Of a DNA stretch of 64,000 nucleotides, positions 16,836 through 26,435 are shown one piece after another. The position numbers and the translations under genes are program-made. Position 1 is the stretch's first letter. The number at the start of each line of letters is the position of its first letter. The stretch spans positions 5,202 through 69,201 of the forward strand of contig LBOO01000007.1 in assembly GCA_000989565.1 (NCBI GenBank), in the 5' to 3' direction. The notes below the pieces were generated by a model. It was not told the DNA's origin, did not search any database, and saw only the letters and a program-made list of their open reading frames with translations. Source of the stretch: Candidatus Peregrinibacteria bacterium GW2011_GWA2_33_10 (GTDB lineage Bacteria; Patescibacteriota; Gracilibacteria; UBA1369; GWC2-33-13).

Positions 16836-17906
16836 ATGGAAGACAAAAAACAAAATAATAATGAATTCCAAACTGGACATGAACACTCTGGTGATCGTGA
16901 GAGAACAATTACTACATTTCAAGAGGATATCGATAGTCTAAATCATTATGAATTTCTTCCGGATCAGGAAGTTAAAGAAAAATTAGAAGATCTTCAAAAA
17001 GCTTTTCTCTTAAGGAATGTTGAACAACTAATTTCTCGAGGAGAAACTTCAAATGTGTCTTTAGAAGCATTAAAGTTGAGTACTCAGGATTGTGATGATC
17101 TTTTAAAGGAAATTTTAGGTTTATTAAGACAAGATCTCGGTGATGTAGGTGTTTTTAAAGTTTGGGATAAAGGTTTTACAGTTGAAACTCTTCCTTTTTT
17201 AACATCTTTATTTCTTCCTAAAGGTTCAGATATGGCTGTTCATAAAGAAAGGCGGAGTATTTCTGCTATGCCAAAGTCAAAAGCACAGATTAATGACTCT
17301 CTATCAGCTATTTTATATTTATCCACAAAAAATATTGACTCATCTAATGCTGTTGCTGAGCTATTTCACGAGTATATTCATTTAAATCAATTTAATGATA
17401 TTGTGATGCAAAAGAAATCTTTTTTAGACAAAATTAAAAAATTATTGTCATCTAATGATGTGCAAAATATGAGAAATTTAAAAATTTTAGAAGAAGTCCA
17501 AGCATATTTTGCTGTTCATAGATATGAAGACTTGGATGAGAAAGCTTTTCAAGATTTAATACATAATTTGTTAAAAAATAATTATAAATTAATAAATAGT
17601 GAATCAGATGAACGAAAATTTGAGAATGCGTTAGATGAGGTAAAAAAAGCTTACGCACTTGGATTGTCTGATGAGGAAATTGCCAAACTGGTTGCTATTT
17701 CAACATTAACCATGGATCATGTGTATGATAAATTAGATGAAAAAATTAATGAAATAATACAAGAAAGAGGAATAAGTGAGGATGATTTAAAGCATTTAGT
17801 AGAAATTGACTCTTTGCGTCGAGAAAAATTTGCATTACATTCAAGAAAAATAACGCAGGAAGCAATAAAAGATAAATTAAATTTATTAGAAAAATTTTTG
17901 AATTAA
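16836..17906 (+). CDS. hypothetical HExxH protein (no signal peptide)
   Basis: LFHEYIHL followed about 37 aa later by EEVQAYFA, the same arrangement as in the 11828..12817 protein. Confidence 0.5.
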   Translation: MEDKKQNNNEFQTGHEHSGDRERTITTFQEDIDSLNHYEFLPDQEVKEKLEDLQKAFLLRNVEQLISRGETSNVSLEALKLSTQDCDDLLKEILGLLRQDLGDVGVFKVWDKGFTVETLPFLTSLFLPKGSDMAVHKERRSISAMPKSKAQINDSLSAILYLSTKNIDSSNAVAELFHEYIHLNQFNDIVMQKKSFLDKIKKLLSSNDVQNMRNLKILEEVQAYFAVHRYEDLDEKAFQDLIHNLLKNNYKLINSESDERKFENALDEVKKAYALGLSDEEIAKLVAISTLTMDHVYDKLDEKINEIIQERGISEDDLKHLVEIDSLRREKFALHSRKITQEAIKDKLNLLEKFLN

Positions 17907-17933
17907 TCTTTGTAAAAAAGAGTTTTAATAGAC

Positions 17934-18509
17934 TTAAACTTTCCAAATCATTTCTTCAAACGGTTTTCTGGTTCTTGGGGATTGGTCGCGTTTTTTTAGG
18001 TCTTCGGGGAGGTTGTTTTTGTCTTCGACGGGATAACCGATGGCTATCATTGAGCCGGTTACATAGTTTTCAGGTATATTGAAGTATTGAGTGGCTTTCT
18101 CAATTGAAAATCCTTCCATTTGATGAATTGCTATATTTTGATTTGTGGCTTCAAGGGCCATGTACGCGGATGCCGCGCCTGTGTCGTGTAGATGATGACG
18201 ATTGAGTTTGTTGTTGTAGCCGAAGAAGGTTTTGATAACTGAAAGCATTAAAACCGGAGCGGATTTTGCCCAGCTATTTCCGGGAGTCAAGCAGTCTGAG
18301 AGTTTGTGAAATGTGTCATCTCCGTGGAATCCGATTATGTATTGCCATGGTTGTTCGTTGTAAGATGAAGGAGCCCATCTTGCGGCTTCGAGCAAAGAAT
18401 TGATTTTTTCCATTTCCACTTTTTTATTTTGAAAGCCGACCGGACTCCATCGATTGGCGAGAAGTTCATGGATCGGGTGTATATGAGGAGCGGGGTTGTT
18501 GTTAAGCAT
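17934..18509 (-). CDS. nitroreductase family protein
   Basis: LEAARWAPSSYNEQPWQYII and overall 191-aa length typical of the NAD(P)H nitroreductase fold. Confidence 0.8.
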   Translation of the reverse strand: MLNNNPAPHIHPIHELLANRWSPVGFQNKKVEMEKINSLLEAARWAPSSYNEQPWQYIIGFHGDDTFHKLSDCLTPGNSWAKSAPVLMLSVIKTFFGYNNKLNRHHLHDTGAASAYMALEATNQNIAIHQMEGFSIEKATQYFNIPENYVTGSMIAIGYPVEDKNNLPEDLKKRDQSPRTRKPFEEMIWKV

Positions 18510-18636
18510 GGTAGTTTAAGTTAAATTGAATGTGAGTATAGCAAAAAACATTGGTGGTGGCCAATAGTTGAGGGGTAAGTAGTTATGAGAAATTCTACTA
18601 CTATCAGTATAGACTATACCTATGATTCCCTTATAA

Positions 18637-19002
18637 TTATTGAGAAGAGTCAGACGAAATCGCACCTTTCCCTTGAGTTGACTGGCTACTTATTTTTTCT
18701 TCCCATTCACCCACTATGATTATTCCTTTTCTTATTTTTAAATAAAATTTAAAAGGCAGATAAGAAAGAACTCCAATGACTAACCCGATGAAAGCTAGTA
18801 TTATCGGTCCTACAATTAAGTTAGCAAGGCCCGCAGGTACTCCTGTTAGTTGAACGAATATTATATTTGAATAAACGTTTCCTCCCAGGAACGCCATAAT
18901 AAGTGTTAGTGCGCCAAAAACAAAACCAAATGGGAATGCAATTGAAACACATAACCTTACGAATGATTTAAATTTGATTTGAAAAAGTTTTTTTTGTTCC
19001 AT
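18637..19002 (-). CDS. small membrane protein, unknown function
   Basis: Three hydrophobic segments; ATG 19002 (MEQKK) preferred over the upstream start at 19107. Confidence 0.45.
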   Translation of the reverse strand: MEQKKLFQIKFKSFVRLCVSIAFPFGFVFGALTLIMAFLGGNVYSNIIFVQLTGVPAGLANLIVGPIILAFIGLVIGVLSYLPFKFYLKIRKGIIIVGEWEEKISSQSTQGKGAISSDSSQ

Positions 19003-19151
19003 ACGTTTTTTAAATTGATTAATGATGGTGAAAAATAAGCAACCAGTAAATTTCATATAACGTTTCGGCATGATCCGAAGTTGCGATCCCGCAATGCGGG
19101 AGAGCAATTTTGGATATCCCGTGTTGTGCGAAGTTTGCCGTTTTATGGTTT

Positions 19152-20087
19152 CTAGGAATTTATCTTGTTTTTTAATAATTCTCCCAAAGATATCCCAATA
19201 AAAATTGCAAATATATCAAAAATAGCACGATATAACAAAAAATCAGCAAAAGACTCTCTTAGTAAGATAATAACAAAGAAATTATACATTGTCCAATTTA
19301 TCCCAAAAAATATAACAGCAAAACGAAATGCTTTTGGAAACCAATATGTTTTATACTCCATTTTTTGATAAATTGTGTAAATGCTGCCTATTAATATTCC
19401 AAACAAAACAGTCCATAAAATAGTTTCAATCGGTCGGTCGGTAATTATGGATTTCATTTTTATCAAATAATAACTAATAAGTCGAATGCCAACAAAAGAA
19501 ATAATAATTATTATTGCGGGAAGTAAAGTTGAGATAAGGTTATTATTTTTATTTTTTTCGTTAGAATTATTCTGAAAAATTTTAGAATACTTTGCGATAA
19601 AAAAAATTAATAAAAAAGTTGGTATAGAATCATTAATAGCCATTATCAATAAGTACAAATACTGTTCATCCATAAATAATGGTTCAAAAAAGCCAATAAA
19701 CCAAATTGCACTGATGGCAATAGATAATTTGAATAATAAAGATTTTAAATCTTTGTTAATAAAAGGTATTAATAAAATAATTGATCCGATTAAAAGAATA
19801 TAAGTAAAAAACATGTATATTCCCGCAATAACGGGAAAACCAAACTTAATAGCCATATCACTGTGATTTTTTATGTTTGCAATGTGCGGAGAAAGAGGAA
19901 GAATGGCGTGTCCAATCATGACTAAAAAATAAGAAATACAAAATGCAATGAGTAATTTTTTCCAGTTTAATCGGAGAAAAATAAGACTAACTTGAAAATT
20001 TATAATCTTGTTTTTGTTGTTGGAAGCAATAGTTGATTGTTGCATATGAATTTTAAAGTGGTTCTTAAAAGGGCAAATTTCATACAA
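19152..20087 (-). CDS. polytopic membrane protein, unknown function
   Basis: 311 aa, about 8 hydrophobic segments; no motif recognised. Confidence 0.5.
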   Translation of the reverse strand: MYEICPFKNHFKIHMQQSTIASNNKNKIINFQVSLIFLRLNWKKLLIAFCISYFLVMIGHAILPLSPHIANIKNHSDMAIKFGFPVIAGIYMFFTYILLIGSIILLIPFINKDLKSLLFKLSIAISAIWFIGFFEPLFMDEQYLYLLIMAINDSIPTFLLIFFIAKYSKIFQNNSNEKNKNNNLISTLLPAIIIIISFVGIRLISYYLIKMKSIITDRPIETILWTVLFGILIGSIYTIYQKMEYKTYWFPKAFRFAVIFFGINWTMYNFFVIILLRESFADFLLYRAIFDIFAIFIGISLGELLKNKINS

Positions 20088-20323
20088 TTCGTTTGTATAC
20101 GAATTGTCTTCGTATACTAGGCGGGTTTTTGTTTGGTATGCGAAATCATATTTTAAATTTTAATAATTTTTTAATCTTTAATTTTGCGATTTTAACTTAT
20201 CTAAAATATGGGTAAATTTCCAGATAAACTTAAAATAGAATTGAGTCTATGAAATTTAGTCCAAAATTATTTAAAAGTAATTGTTTTCATTTTGAAATAA
20301 AAGTATTAAATTTTCCATTTCCC

Positions 20324-20352
20324 TTGTTATTTCAATTTTACTTCGTTATATT
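20324..20352 (+). promoter_or_regulatory. sigma-70-like promoter for the thiamine operon
   Basis: TTGTTA (20324..20329), 17-nt spacer, TATATT (20347..20352), a few nt upstream of the riboswitch P1 stem. Confidence 0.45.
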
Positions 20353-20357
20353 CTACT

Positions 20358-20448
20358 TGCTGTTAGGAGTGTTTCGCGGATGTTTCCGCGGGGCTGAGAT
20401 AGATCCTTAGCACCTGAAGCCGGTAATGCGGCCGTAGGGAAACAGTGG
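20358..20448 (+). promoter_or_regulatory. TPP (THI-box) riboswitch
   Basis: Conserved CTGAGA (20394), ACCTGA (20412), GGTAATGC (20422), GTAGGGAA (20434); P1 CTGTT/AACAG; lies directly upstream of thiamine salvage genes. Confidence 0.85.
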
Positions 20449-20468
20449 CAATAAGATTTTTCTTTTTT

Positions 20469-20508
20469 GGTTATCTGTTTCTCTGAAATTATTAGATAAC
20501 CTTTTTTT
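20469..20508 (+). terminator. riboswitch expression platform: intrinsic terminator hairpin plus T7 tract abutting the start codon
   Basis: GGTTATCT (20469..20476) pairs with AGATAACC (20494..20501), followed by seven T and ATG 20509. Confidence 0.6.
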
Positions 20509-21780
20509 ATGAAAAAATTTTCGCTATCACCTTTTGATTATTTTTTGATTTGGAGCGGGGCCGCGATTTCTTTGGCGGAGATTTGGGCTGGGGGCGGGCT
20601 TTTTTCTTTAGGTTTTTTGGGTGGTTTAATGATTATTTTGGCGGCTCATTTTTTGGGTGGTTTGCTAATCGGTTTGGCCGGGTATATTGGTGGAAAACAT
20701 CAAATCAGCAGTATGCAAAGTTTGAGAATTTCTTTTGGTGTTAAAGGTTCTTTTATTGGTTCGTTTTTAAATTTTCTTCAACTTTTAGGATGGACAGCGA
20801 TTATGATTTTGATTGGCAGTTATGCCATGGAAAGCATTTTAGGGACTTTTGGAAGAGCTGTTAATATTAATTGGATAATTATTTTTATTGGTGTTTTTAC
20901 GACTTTATGGTCTTTGATCAGAAGTGATTTTTGGAAAATTATGCAGAAATTTTCAATTATGCTTTTATTTATGTTGTGTTTGTATATTTCGTATGTGTAT
21001 TGGAAAAGCGGAGTTGTAAAAGATGTTTTTAATTTGTCGAGTGCGGGAAATATTAATTATTTTTTTTACTTTGATTTGGTTTTTGCTTTTGTGATTTCTT
21101 GGATGCCTTTGGCTTCGGATTATTTAAGGTTTTCTCGAAACCCAAGGAAATCTTGTATAACAACTTTCGCGGGTTATTTTATTATGAGTAGCTTGATGTT
21201 TGTTTTAGGGCTTGTTATTGGATTGGTGAATAATTTTCCGAACATTAAAGAAAATTTTGACGCTTCGAGTGCTTTTATTGATTTTTTTGCGAAATCGGGA
21301 ATTTTTTTGCCGACTATTTTGATAATTTTGTTTTCAACTTTTACAACCACATTTATGGATATTTATTCCGGAGCTGTAAGTTTAAAGAATATTTTCAATA
21401 AGTTTTCGGAGAAATTTTTAGTAATTTTTATTGGGATTTTGGGGACTTTAATAGCAATCATTATGAAGCAAAATTTATTCACTTATGAAAATTTTTTGTT
21501 TTTTATCGGAGCAATGTTCGCGCCGCTTTTTGCGGTTTTATTGTTGGATTTTTATTTTTTAAAGAAAAAAAATATTGATCGTGATGATTTATTGAAAAAT
21601 GAAAATTCAAAACAATTTTATTTTTATAAAGGATTTAATATTTTTGCGTTTTTAGCTTGGATTTTGGGTGTGATTACTTTTTATTTATGCAGTAGTTTCG
21701 GGTTTTATTTGGGGGCGTCGATACCTTCGATGTTTATTGCCGCGAGTTCATTTTATTTATTTAAATTTTTAAAATTTTAA
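20509..21780 (+). CDS. NCS1-type permease, CytX-like putative HMP/thiamine-precursor transporter
   Basis: 423 aa, about 12 TM segments, first gene after the TPP riboswitch and upstream of thiM-thiD; assignment by context and topology. Confidence 0.6.
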   Translation: MKKFSLSPFDYFLIWSGAAISLAEIWAGGGLFSLGFLGGLMIILAAHFLGGLLIGLAGYIGGKHQISSMQSLRISFGVKGSFIGSFLNFLQLLGWTAIMILIGSYAMESILGTFGRAVNINWIIIFIGVFTTLWSLIRSDFWKIMQKFSIMLLFMLCLYISYVYWKSGVVKDVFNLSSAGNINYFFYFDLVFAFVISWMPLASDYLRFSRNPRKSCITTFAGYFIMSSLMFVLGLVIGLVNNFPNIKENFDASSAFIDFFAKSGIFLPTILIILFSTFTTTFMDIYSGAVSLKNIFNKFSEKFLVIFIGILGTLIAIIMKQNLFTYENFLFFIGAMFAPLFAVLLLDFYFLKKKNIDRDDLLKNENSKQFYFYKGFNIFAFLAWILGVITFYLCSSFGFYLGASIPSMFIAASSFYLFKFLKF

Positions 21781-21791
21781 CTTTAATTTTT

Positions 21792-22544
21792 ATGAAATAT
21801 TTAGATTTAATTCAGGAAAAAAAACCGTTAATTCATCATTTGACGAATTGGGTGACGATTTATGATTGCGCTCAAGTTACGCGATCTTTAGGTGCTTTGC
21901 CGGTTATGGCACACGCAAAGGAAGAGGTTCCGGAAATGGTGATGTTAGCTTCTGCTTTGGTTTTAAATATTGGGACTTTGACAAAAGATTTTGTGGAAGC
22001 GCAAATTTTGGCGGGGAAAGCGGCCAATAAAAAGGGGATTCCAGTTGTTTTGGATATTGTTGGATGTGGAGCCACAAAGATGAGGTCTGAAGCTTCCGAG
22101 CAAATTTTAAGAGAAGTGAAAGTTAGTTTGATTAAAGGAAATTACGGGGAGATTAGTGTGCTCGCGGGGCATGATGCTGAGGTTCGTGGGGTTGAATCTA
22201 TTGGAGGGTCTGATAAAATTGATGAAGCGGTGATGAGTTTAGCGAAAAGTCATAATGCGATTGTGGTCGCAACCGGAAAAGTGGATATTATTGGGGACAG
22301 CGAAAAAGTTTTAAAATGTGAGGAAGGGCATGAAATGATGGGAAAAGTTGTGGGAACAGGTTGTATGGCGGCATCAGTTTTGGGAAGTTTTTTAAGTGTT
22401 TGTGATAAAAATGAGCATTTGGACGCGGCTTTTTCGGCGATGATGTATTATGGAAAATGTGGGGAGAGAGCGGCTTCGAAGAGTGAGGGGGCAATGGAAT
22501 TTAAAATGAGGTTTTTGGATGAGATTGGAATACAAAAAGTTTAA
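21792..22544 (+). CDS. thiM: hydroxyethylthiazole kinase
   Basis: PLIHHLTNWVT, LGALPVMA, LNIGTL, VLDIVGCGAT, GTGCM motifs of ThiM. Confidence 0.9.
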   Translation: MKYLDLIQEKKPLIHHLTNWVTIYDCAQVTRSLGALPVMAHAKEEVPEMVMLASALVLNIGTLTKDFVEAQILAGKAANKKGIPVVLDIVGCGATKMRSEASEQILREVKVSLIKGNYGEISVLAGHDAEVRGVESIGGSDKIDEAVMSLAKSHNAIVVATGKVDIIGDSEKVLKCEEGHEMMGKVVGTGCMAASVLGSFLSVCDKNEHLDAAFSAMMYYGKCGERAASKSEGAMEFKMRFLDEIGIQKV

Positions 22545-22557
22545 TATAATTTTTTTT

Positions 22558-23370
22558 ATGATCAAGCCGATTTGTTTATCTATCGCGGGGTCGGATTCCA
22601 GCGGGGGGGCGGGGATTCAAGCCGATTTGAAGACTTTTGAGGCTTTGGATGTCTTTGGGACTACAGTTTTGACTTGTGTAACGGCGCAGAATTTAAATGG
22701 TGTTTTCGGGATTCAAATTATTGATAAAAGTTTAATTGAAAAACAAATTCGGGCGGTTTTTGAGCAGTTTCCAATTTCGTCTTTAAAAACAGGGATGCTT
22801 TTTAATGCGGAGATTATTAATTTGGTGAGTGATGTTTTAAAAGATTTGAAAGCGAAAAATGTTGTCGTGGATCCGGTGATGGTGGCTGCCAGTGGTGCGA
22901 AATTACTTGAAGATGAAGCTTTAAATATTTATAAAAAGAAACTTTTTCCGATGGTTTCGATTATTACTCCCAATTTGAGAGAATTTAATTTGATTATCGG
23001 TAGAAAGATTGATGAGGTTTTAGGTTTTGCGGAAATTAAAAATGAAATGAAAAATGTTTGGGAAGAATTCGGTTGCGCGATAGTGGTAAAAGGTTTTAAA
23101 GAAAAGAATGAAATTAAAGATATTTTTTTTGAAGGAGAAGAGTTTGCAATTTTTTCTCATGAAGAAATAAAAAATGTTAACACTCATGGAACTGGATGTA
23201 GTTATAGCGCTTCATTATGCGCGTTTTTGGCGAAAGGAGAATCTTTGAAAGAAGCATGCGGAAAAGCGAAAGAGTTTATTTCCAATAGCTTGAAGAATGC
23301 TGTAGATTTGGGAGGAGTAAGGGTTCTTGAAAGACATCAGCGATCAGGGATCAACGATCAGGAATTTTAA
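22558..23370 (+). CDS. thiD: hydroxymethylpyrimidine/phosphomethylpyrimidine kinase
   Basis: LSIAGSDSSGGAGIQADLKT, VVDPVMVA, THGTGCSYSA; ATG 22558 after the thiM stop; last ~12 codons are GATCAGN-repeat derived. Confidence 0.9.
   Translation: MIKPICLSIAGSDSSGGAGIQADLKTFEALDVFGTTVLTCVTAQNLNGVFGIQIIDKSLIEKQIRAVFEQFPISSLKTGMLFNAEIINLVSDVLKDLKAKNVVVDPVMVAASGAKLLEDEALNIYKKKLFPMVSIITPNLREFNLIIGRKIDEVLGFAEIKNEMKNVWEEFGCAIVVKGFKEKNEIKDIFFEGEEFAIFSHEEIKNVNTHGTGCSYSASLCAFLAKGESLKEACGKAKEFISNSLKNAVDLGGVRVLERHQRSGINDQEF
23335..23365 (+). repeat. (GATCAGN)n heptamer array, 4 units, inside the thiD 3-prime end
   Basis: CATCAGC GATCAGG GATCAAC GATCAGG then AATT, the same ending as the arrays at 8475 and 50934. 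Confidence 0.7.
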
Positions 23371-23373
23371 TTT

Positions 23374-24183
23374 TTATTTTTTTGCCACGATTAAGCAGCT
23401 GCCTCCAAAAGGAATTTTTTTTCCTTTACTTAATCTTTTTACTTCCCAATTCCAAATTTTAGTCAGTATTTTGTTTTGTTTTGAATGTTCTTCTTTGTGT
23501 TCGTTTATTTGGTGTCCTTTATATAGCTTTAATTTGCTTGGAAGCGAGCGGAATAGAAAAATCGGTAATGGAAGAATTGAAAATATATAGGTTGAAAATT
23601 CCATTTTAAATCCGGCTTTTTTTAATTTTTGAGAAATTGTTTTAATGGTGTATCTGCGAAAATGGCCGGCAAAATCATCTTCGCGCGACCATAATATTTG
23701 ATAGGCGGGAACGGTTAAATATAATTTTCCATTTTGTTTTAAATACGCATGTAAATTTTTTATGAATTGTTCATCCTCTTTTATATGTTCAATTACATCA
23801 AAAACTCCGATGGCATCGATTGATCCCTTTTTAAATTCAGCGCCTTCGAGAGTGGCGCAAACCAAATTTTTCAGATTTCTTTTTTTTGCGTTACGAATGC
23901 CTTTTTCTCCGGGTTCCACCAAAACCGTATTTTTCCCTGTTTTTTCGATAGCTTGAGCAACAAAACCATTGCCGCCTCCGATATCAAAAAAACTACCGGT
24001 AAATGGAAATTTTTTGATTATTTCAAGCAGGCAGTTATTTCTATGTTTAAACCAAAAACTGTTATCTTCGATTTGAAAACAATTTTCATTGCCTTCATCC
24101 GGATAGGAAATTTGAGAATGTGTTTTTTGATACCAAATGCCGTTTTTCAGTTCGATATTTGATGCAATATTTTTAAGATTCAT
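23374..24183 (-). CDS. class I SAM-dependent methyltransferase
   Basis: Motif I FFDIGGGNGFVA and post-I acidic residue; 269 aa. Confidence 0.75.
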   Translation of the reverse strand: MNLKNIASNIELKNGIWYQKTHSQISYPDEGNENCFQIEDNSFWFKHRNNCLLEIIKKFPFTGSFFDIGGGNGFVAQAIEKTGKNTVLVEPGEKGIRNAKKRNLKNLVCATLEGAEFKKGSIDAIGVFDVIEHIKEDEQFIKNLHAYLKQNGKLYLTVPAYQILWSREDDFAGHFRRYTIKTISQKLKKAGFKMEFSTYIFSILPLPIFLFRSLPSKLKLYKGHQINEHKEEHSKQNKILTKIWNWEVKRLSKGKKIPFGGSCLIVAKK

Positions 24184-24288
24184 TTGTAATGAGCAAGTTT
24201 TTCTATTTATAATTAAACATTTTATCTTGCAAATTGGAAGTAAATCTCTATAATTAGCTAGGTTTTTTTAGTTTTTAAATATTTTAAT

Positions 24289-24483
24289 ATGGCAAAAGGA
24301 AAAGGCCGTGAAAAAAATACATGGTATTGTCAAAACGTCCAGGAAGATGGTGGAAAGTGTAATTTGGGCGTTTACCATTCTGATGTAAACAAAAAAAATA
24401 AAGATACTATTTCCAGTAAAAAGAAATATTGCAAGACTTGCAGAAAACATACTGAGCATAAGAGAAAGCCGACAAAAAGCTGA
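24289..24483 (+). CDS. rpmG: 50S ribosomal protein L33 (Cys-containing form with an internal insertion)
   Basis: MAKGK..., C-x10-C and KKKYCKTCRKHTEHKRK match the L33 zinc-ribbon consensus. Confidence 0.8.
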   Translation: MAKGKGREKNTWYCQNVQEDGGKCNLGVYHSDVNKKNKDTISSKKKYCKTCRKHTEHKRKPTKS

Positions 24484-24512
24484 TTTTGTTTGTTAATTTA
24501 TAAACTTTTTTT

Positions 24513-26288
24513 ATGCGCAGTTTTTTTGTTTGGAAAAATTATTTTATTTTGAGTTTAATATTTTTTTTATTTTCTTTAAACGGTTGTTCAAAAGTAAGTA
24601 AAGATCCTTATTTTCAGAATAGTGTTTCTTTAAAACAAAATTTGGCGGAAGATGTTTTTTTGGAGGATACATATTTGTTGGTAAGTTTGAATCGTTTGAA
24701 AACGGCGCAAAATGAAAAATTAGATAAAGTTATGGCTAATTTTTCTTCTTTTGAAAGCGTAAAAAAATATTTTATTAATCTTTTAAATAATCAAATTTTG
24801 TCTTTAAAACTTGATTTTGAGAAAGATATTAAGCCTTTTATGGGTGAAAATTCGCGCGTAAATATCGCTTTGGCCGGGAAGAAACAAGATGAAGTTCAAA
24901 ATATTTTATATTCTGTTTTGAGTTTATATGTAAGTGATGAAAAAGCTTATAATAATTTTGAAGAGAAAATTAAAAATAGTGGTTTATTAAAAGAGGAAAA
25001 ATATAAAGGCGAGAAAATTTTAGTTGAGGAGAAGAAAGGGGATTCTTCGTTATATGTTTGGAAATATAAAGATATTTTATTTATTGGTAATGGGTATGAC
25101 AGATTGATTGAAATGATTGATAATAATAGTGAAGGAAAGAAAGTTTTAAGTGGCGATGAAAATTTTCAGAACGCTGTGAAGGATGTGAAAAATGAATATT
25201 TTGGATTTGTTTATTTTGATTTGAATGAATTTTCGAAATATCAAGGTGTGATTTCAAAGGATAATGAAGAGCAAAAGGCGATTGCTTACAGTTTAGCTTT
25301 ATCGGCAAAAAATAATGGGATAACTTTTGATTCGACTAAAATTAATGAGTATTTGAAATATGATTCCGCAAATATTGATAATATAAATATTTTTAAGAAT
25401 TATCCGGGTAGGGATATGATTTTTTATTATGAAGGTAAGGATTTGCAGCAAAAATTGAAAGTTTTTGTGGAGAGTATGGGGCAATTAAATAAAAATTTGG
25501 CGCAAAATTATGAATCTGTGAAAAATATTTTTAAGCAATTGACGACGCGCGATTTTGAAACTGATTTTTTGGGTTGGATGAATAAAGATTTCGCGTTTGC
25601 GATTCAGAATAATGGTAATAAGGTAATTCCGGGTATTACTTTTGTTATTGATGGTAACGCAAATAAAGAGATGGCAAAAGAATTTATTAAAAGAGTTGAC
25701 GCGCAGATTGATGATTATATTGCTAAATTGGCAAAAGAATCTGAAGATTTAGCAAAAGCTATTAGTAAGGAAAGTGTAAAGATAGGCAAGAGTACGTTAA
25801 CTCAGGTGCAAGTTGATCTTAATAATCTGAAACAAAAGAATTTGCGGGAAAGTTTTCCTAATATTCCTCTTCCTCTTTTTTCCGAGAACGGTGTTTTTTA
25901 TTATGGTATAGATGAAGAAAATAATGTTATTTTGTCAACTTATCAGAGATTTGCTAAGGATTATAAAACCGATGTGTTAGCGGAAGATGATGATTTTCAA
26001 AAATTTATTAAATCGGTTTCTGATTCTTTTGAGAAAGAAATTATGTATGTAAATACTGAAAATTTTTTGAAATACGCACAAACTTATGTTGATTTTCAGC
26101 AAAAAATTGGAGTTTCTGATAATTCTTCAATGATTTTAGATTTATATTTGTCTTTGATTAAATCTGAGTTGAAGAACGCGAAGGGTTTGATATTTGGAAA
26201 TAAGTTGGAGAATGGAAGAGTTTTGGGGAATGGGTTTATGGAAATTGAGAAAGAAGTTGTTCCGGTGAAAGAAGAAAAACCTTTTTAA
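24513..26288 (+). CDS. hypothetical lipoprotein (591 aa)
   Basis: Signal LSLIFFLFSLNGCS; no catalytic motif recognised. Confidence 0.55.
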   Translation: MRSFFVWKNYFILSLIFFLFSLNGCSKVSKDPYFQNSVSLKQNLAEDVFLEDTYLLVSLNRLKTAQNEKLDKVMANFSSFESVKKYFINLLNNQILSLKLDFEKDIKPFMGENSRVNIALAGKKQDEVQNILYSVLSLYVSDEKAYNNFEEKIKNSGLLKEEKYKGEKILVEEKKGDSSLYVWKYKDILFIGNGYDRLIEMIDNNSEGKKVLSGDENFQNAVKDVKNEYFGFVYFDLNEFSKYQGVISKDNEEQKAIAYSLALSAKNNGITFDSTKINEYLKYDSANIDNINIFKNYPGRDMIFYYEGKDLQQKLKVFVESMGQLNKNLAQNYESVKNIFKQLTTRDFETDFLGWMNKDFAFAIQNNGNKVIPGITFVIDGNANKEMAKEFIKRVDAQIDDYIAKLAKESEDLAKAISKESVKIGKSTLTQVQVDLNNLKQKNLRESFPNIPLPLFSENGVFYYGIDEENNVILSTYQRFAKDYKTDVLAEDDDFQKFIKSVSDSFEKEIMYVNTENFLKYAQTYVDFQQKIGVSDNSSMILDLYLSLIKSELKNAKGLIFGNKLENGRVLGNGFMEIEKEVVPVKEEKPF

Positions 26289-26343
26289 AAAATTTATTCT
26301 TGAAAAATAAGGTTTCTTTAAGGTAAACTTTTAGAGCTTATTT

Positions 26344-26418
26344 AGGGCTATGGTGTCAATGGTAGCACAGCGGTCTCCAAAACCGTTAGTGAGGGTTCGA
26401 ATCCTTCTGGCCCTGCCA
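26344..26418 (+). tRNA. tRNA-Trp (anticodon CCA), CCA encoded
   Basis: Acceptor AGGGCTA/TGGCCCT, anticodon stem GCGGT/ACCGT with loop CTCCAAA, T arm GAGGG-TTCGAAT-CCTTC. Confidence 0.9.
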
Positions 26419-26435
26419 CCTCTTTTTATCTTCGG

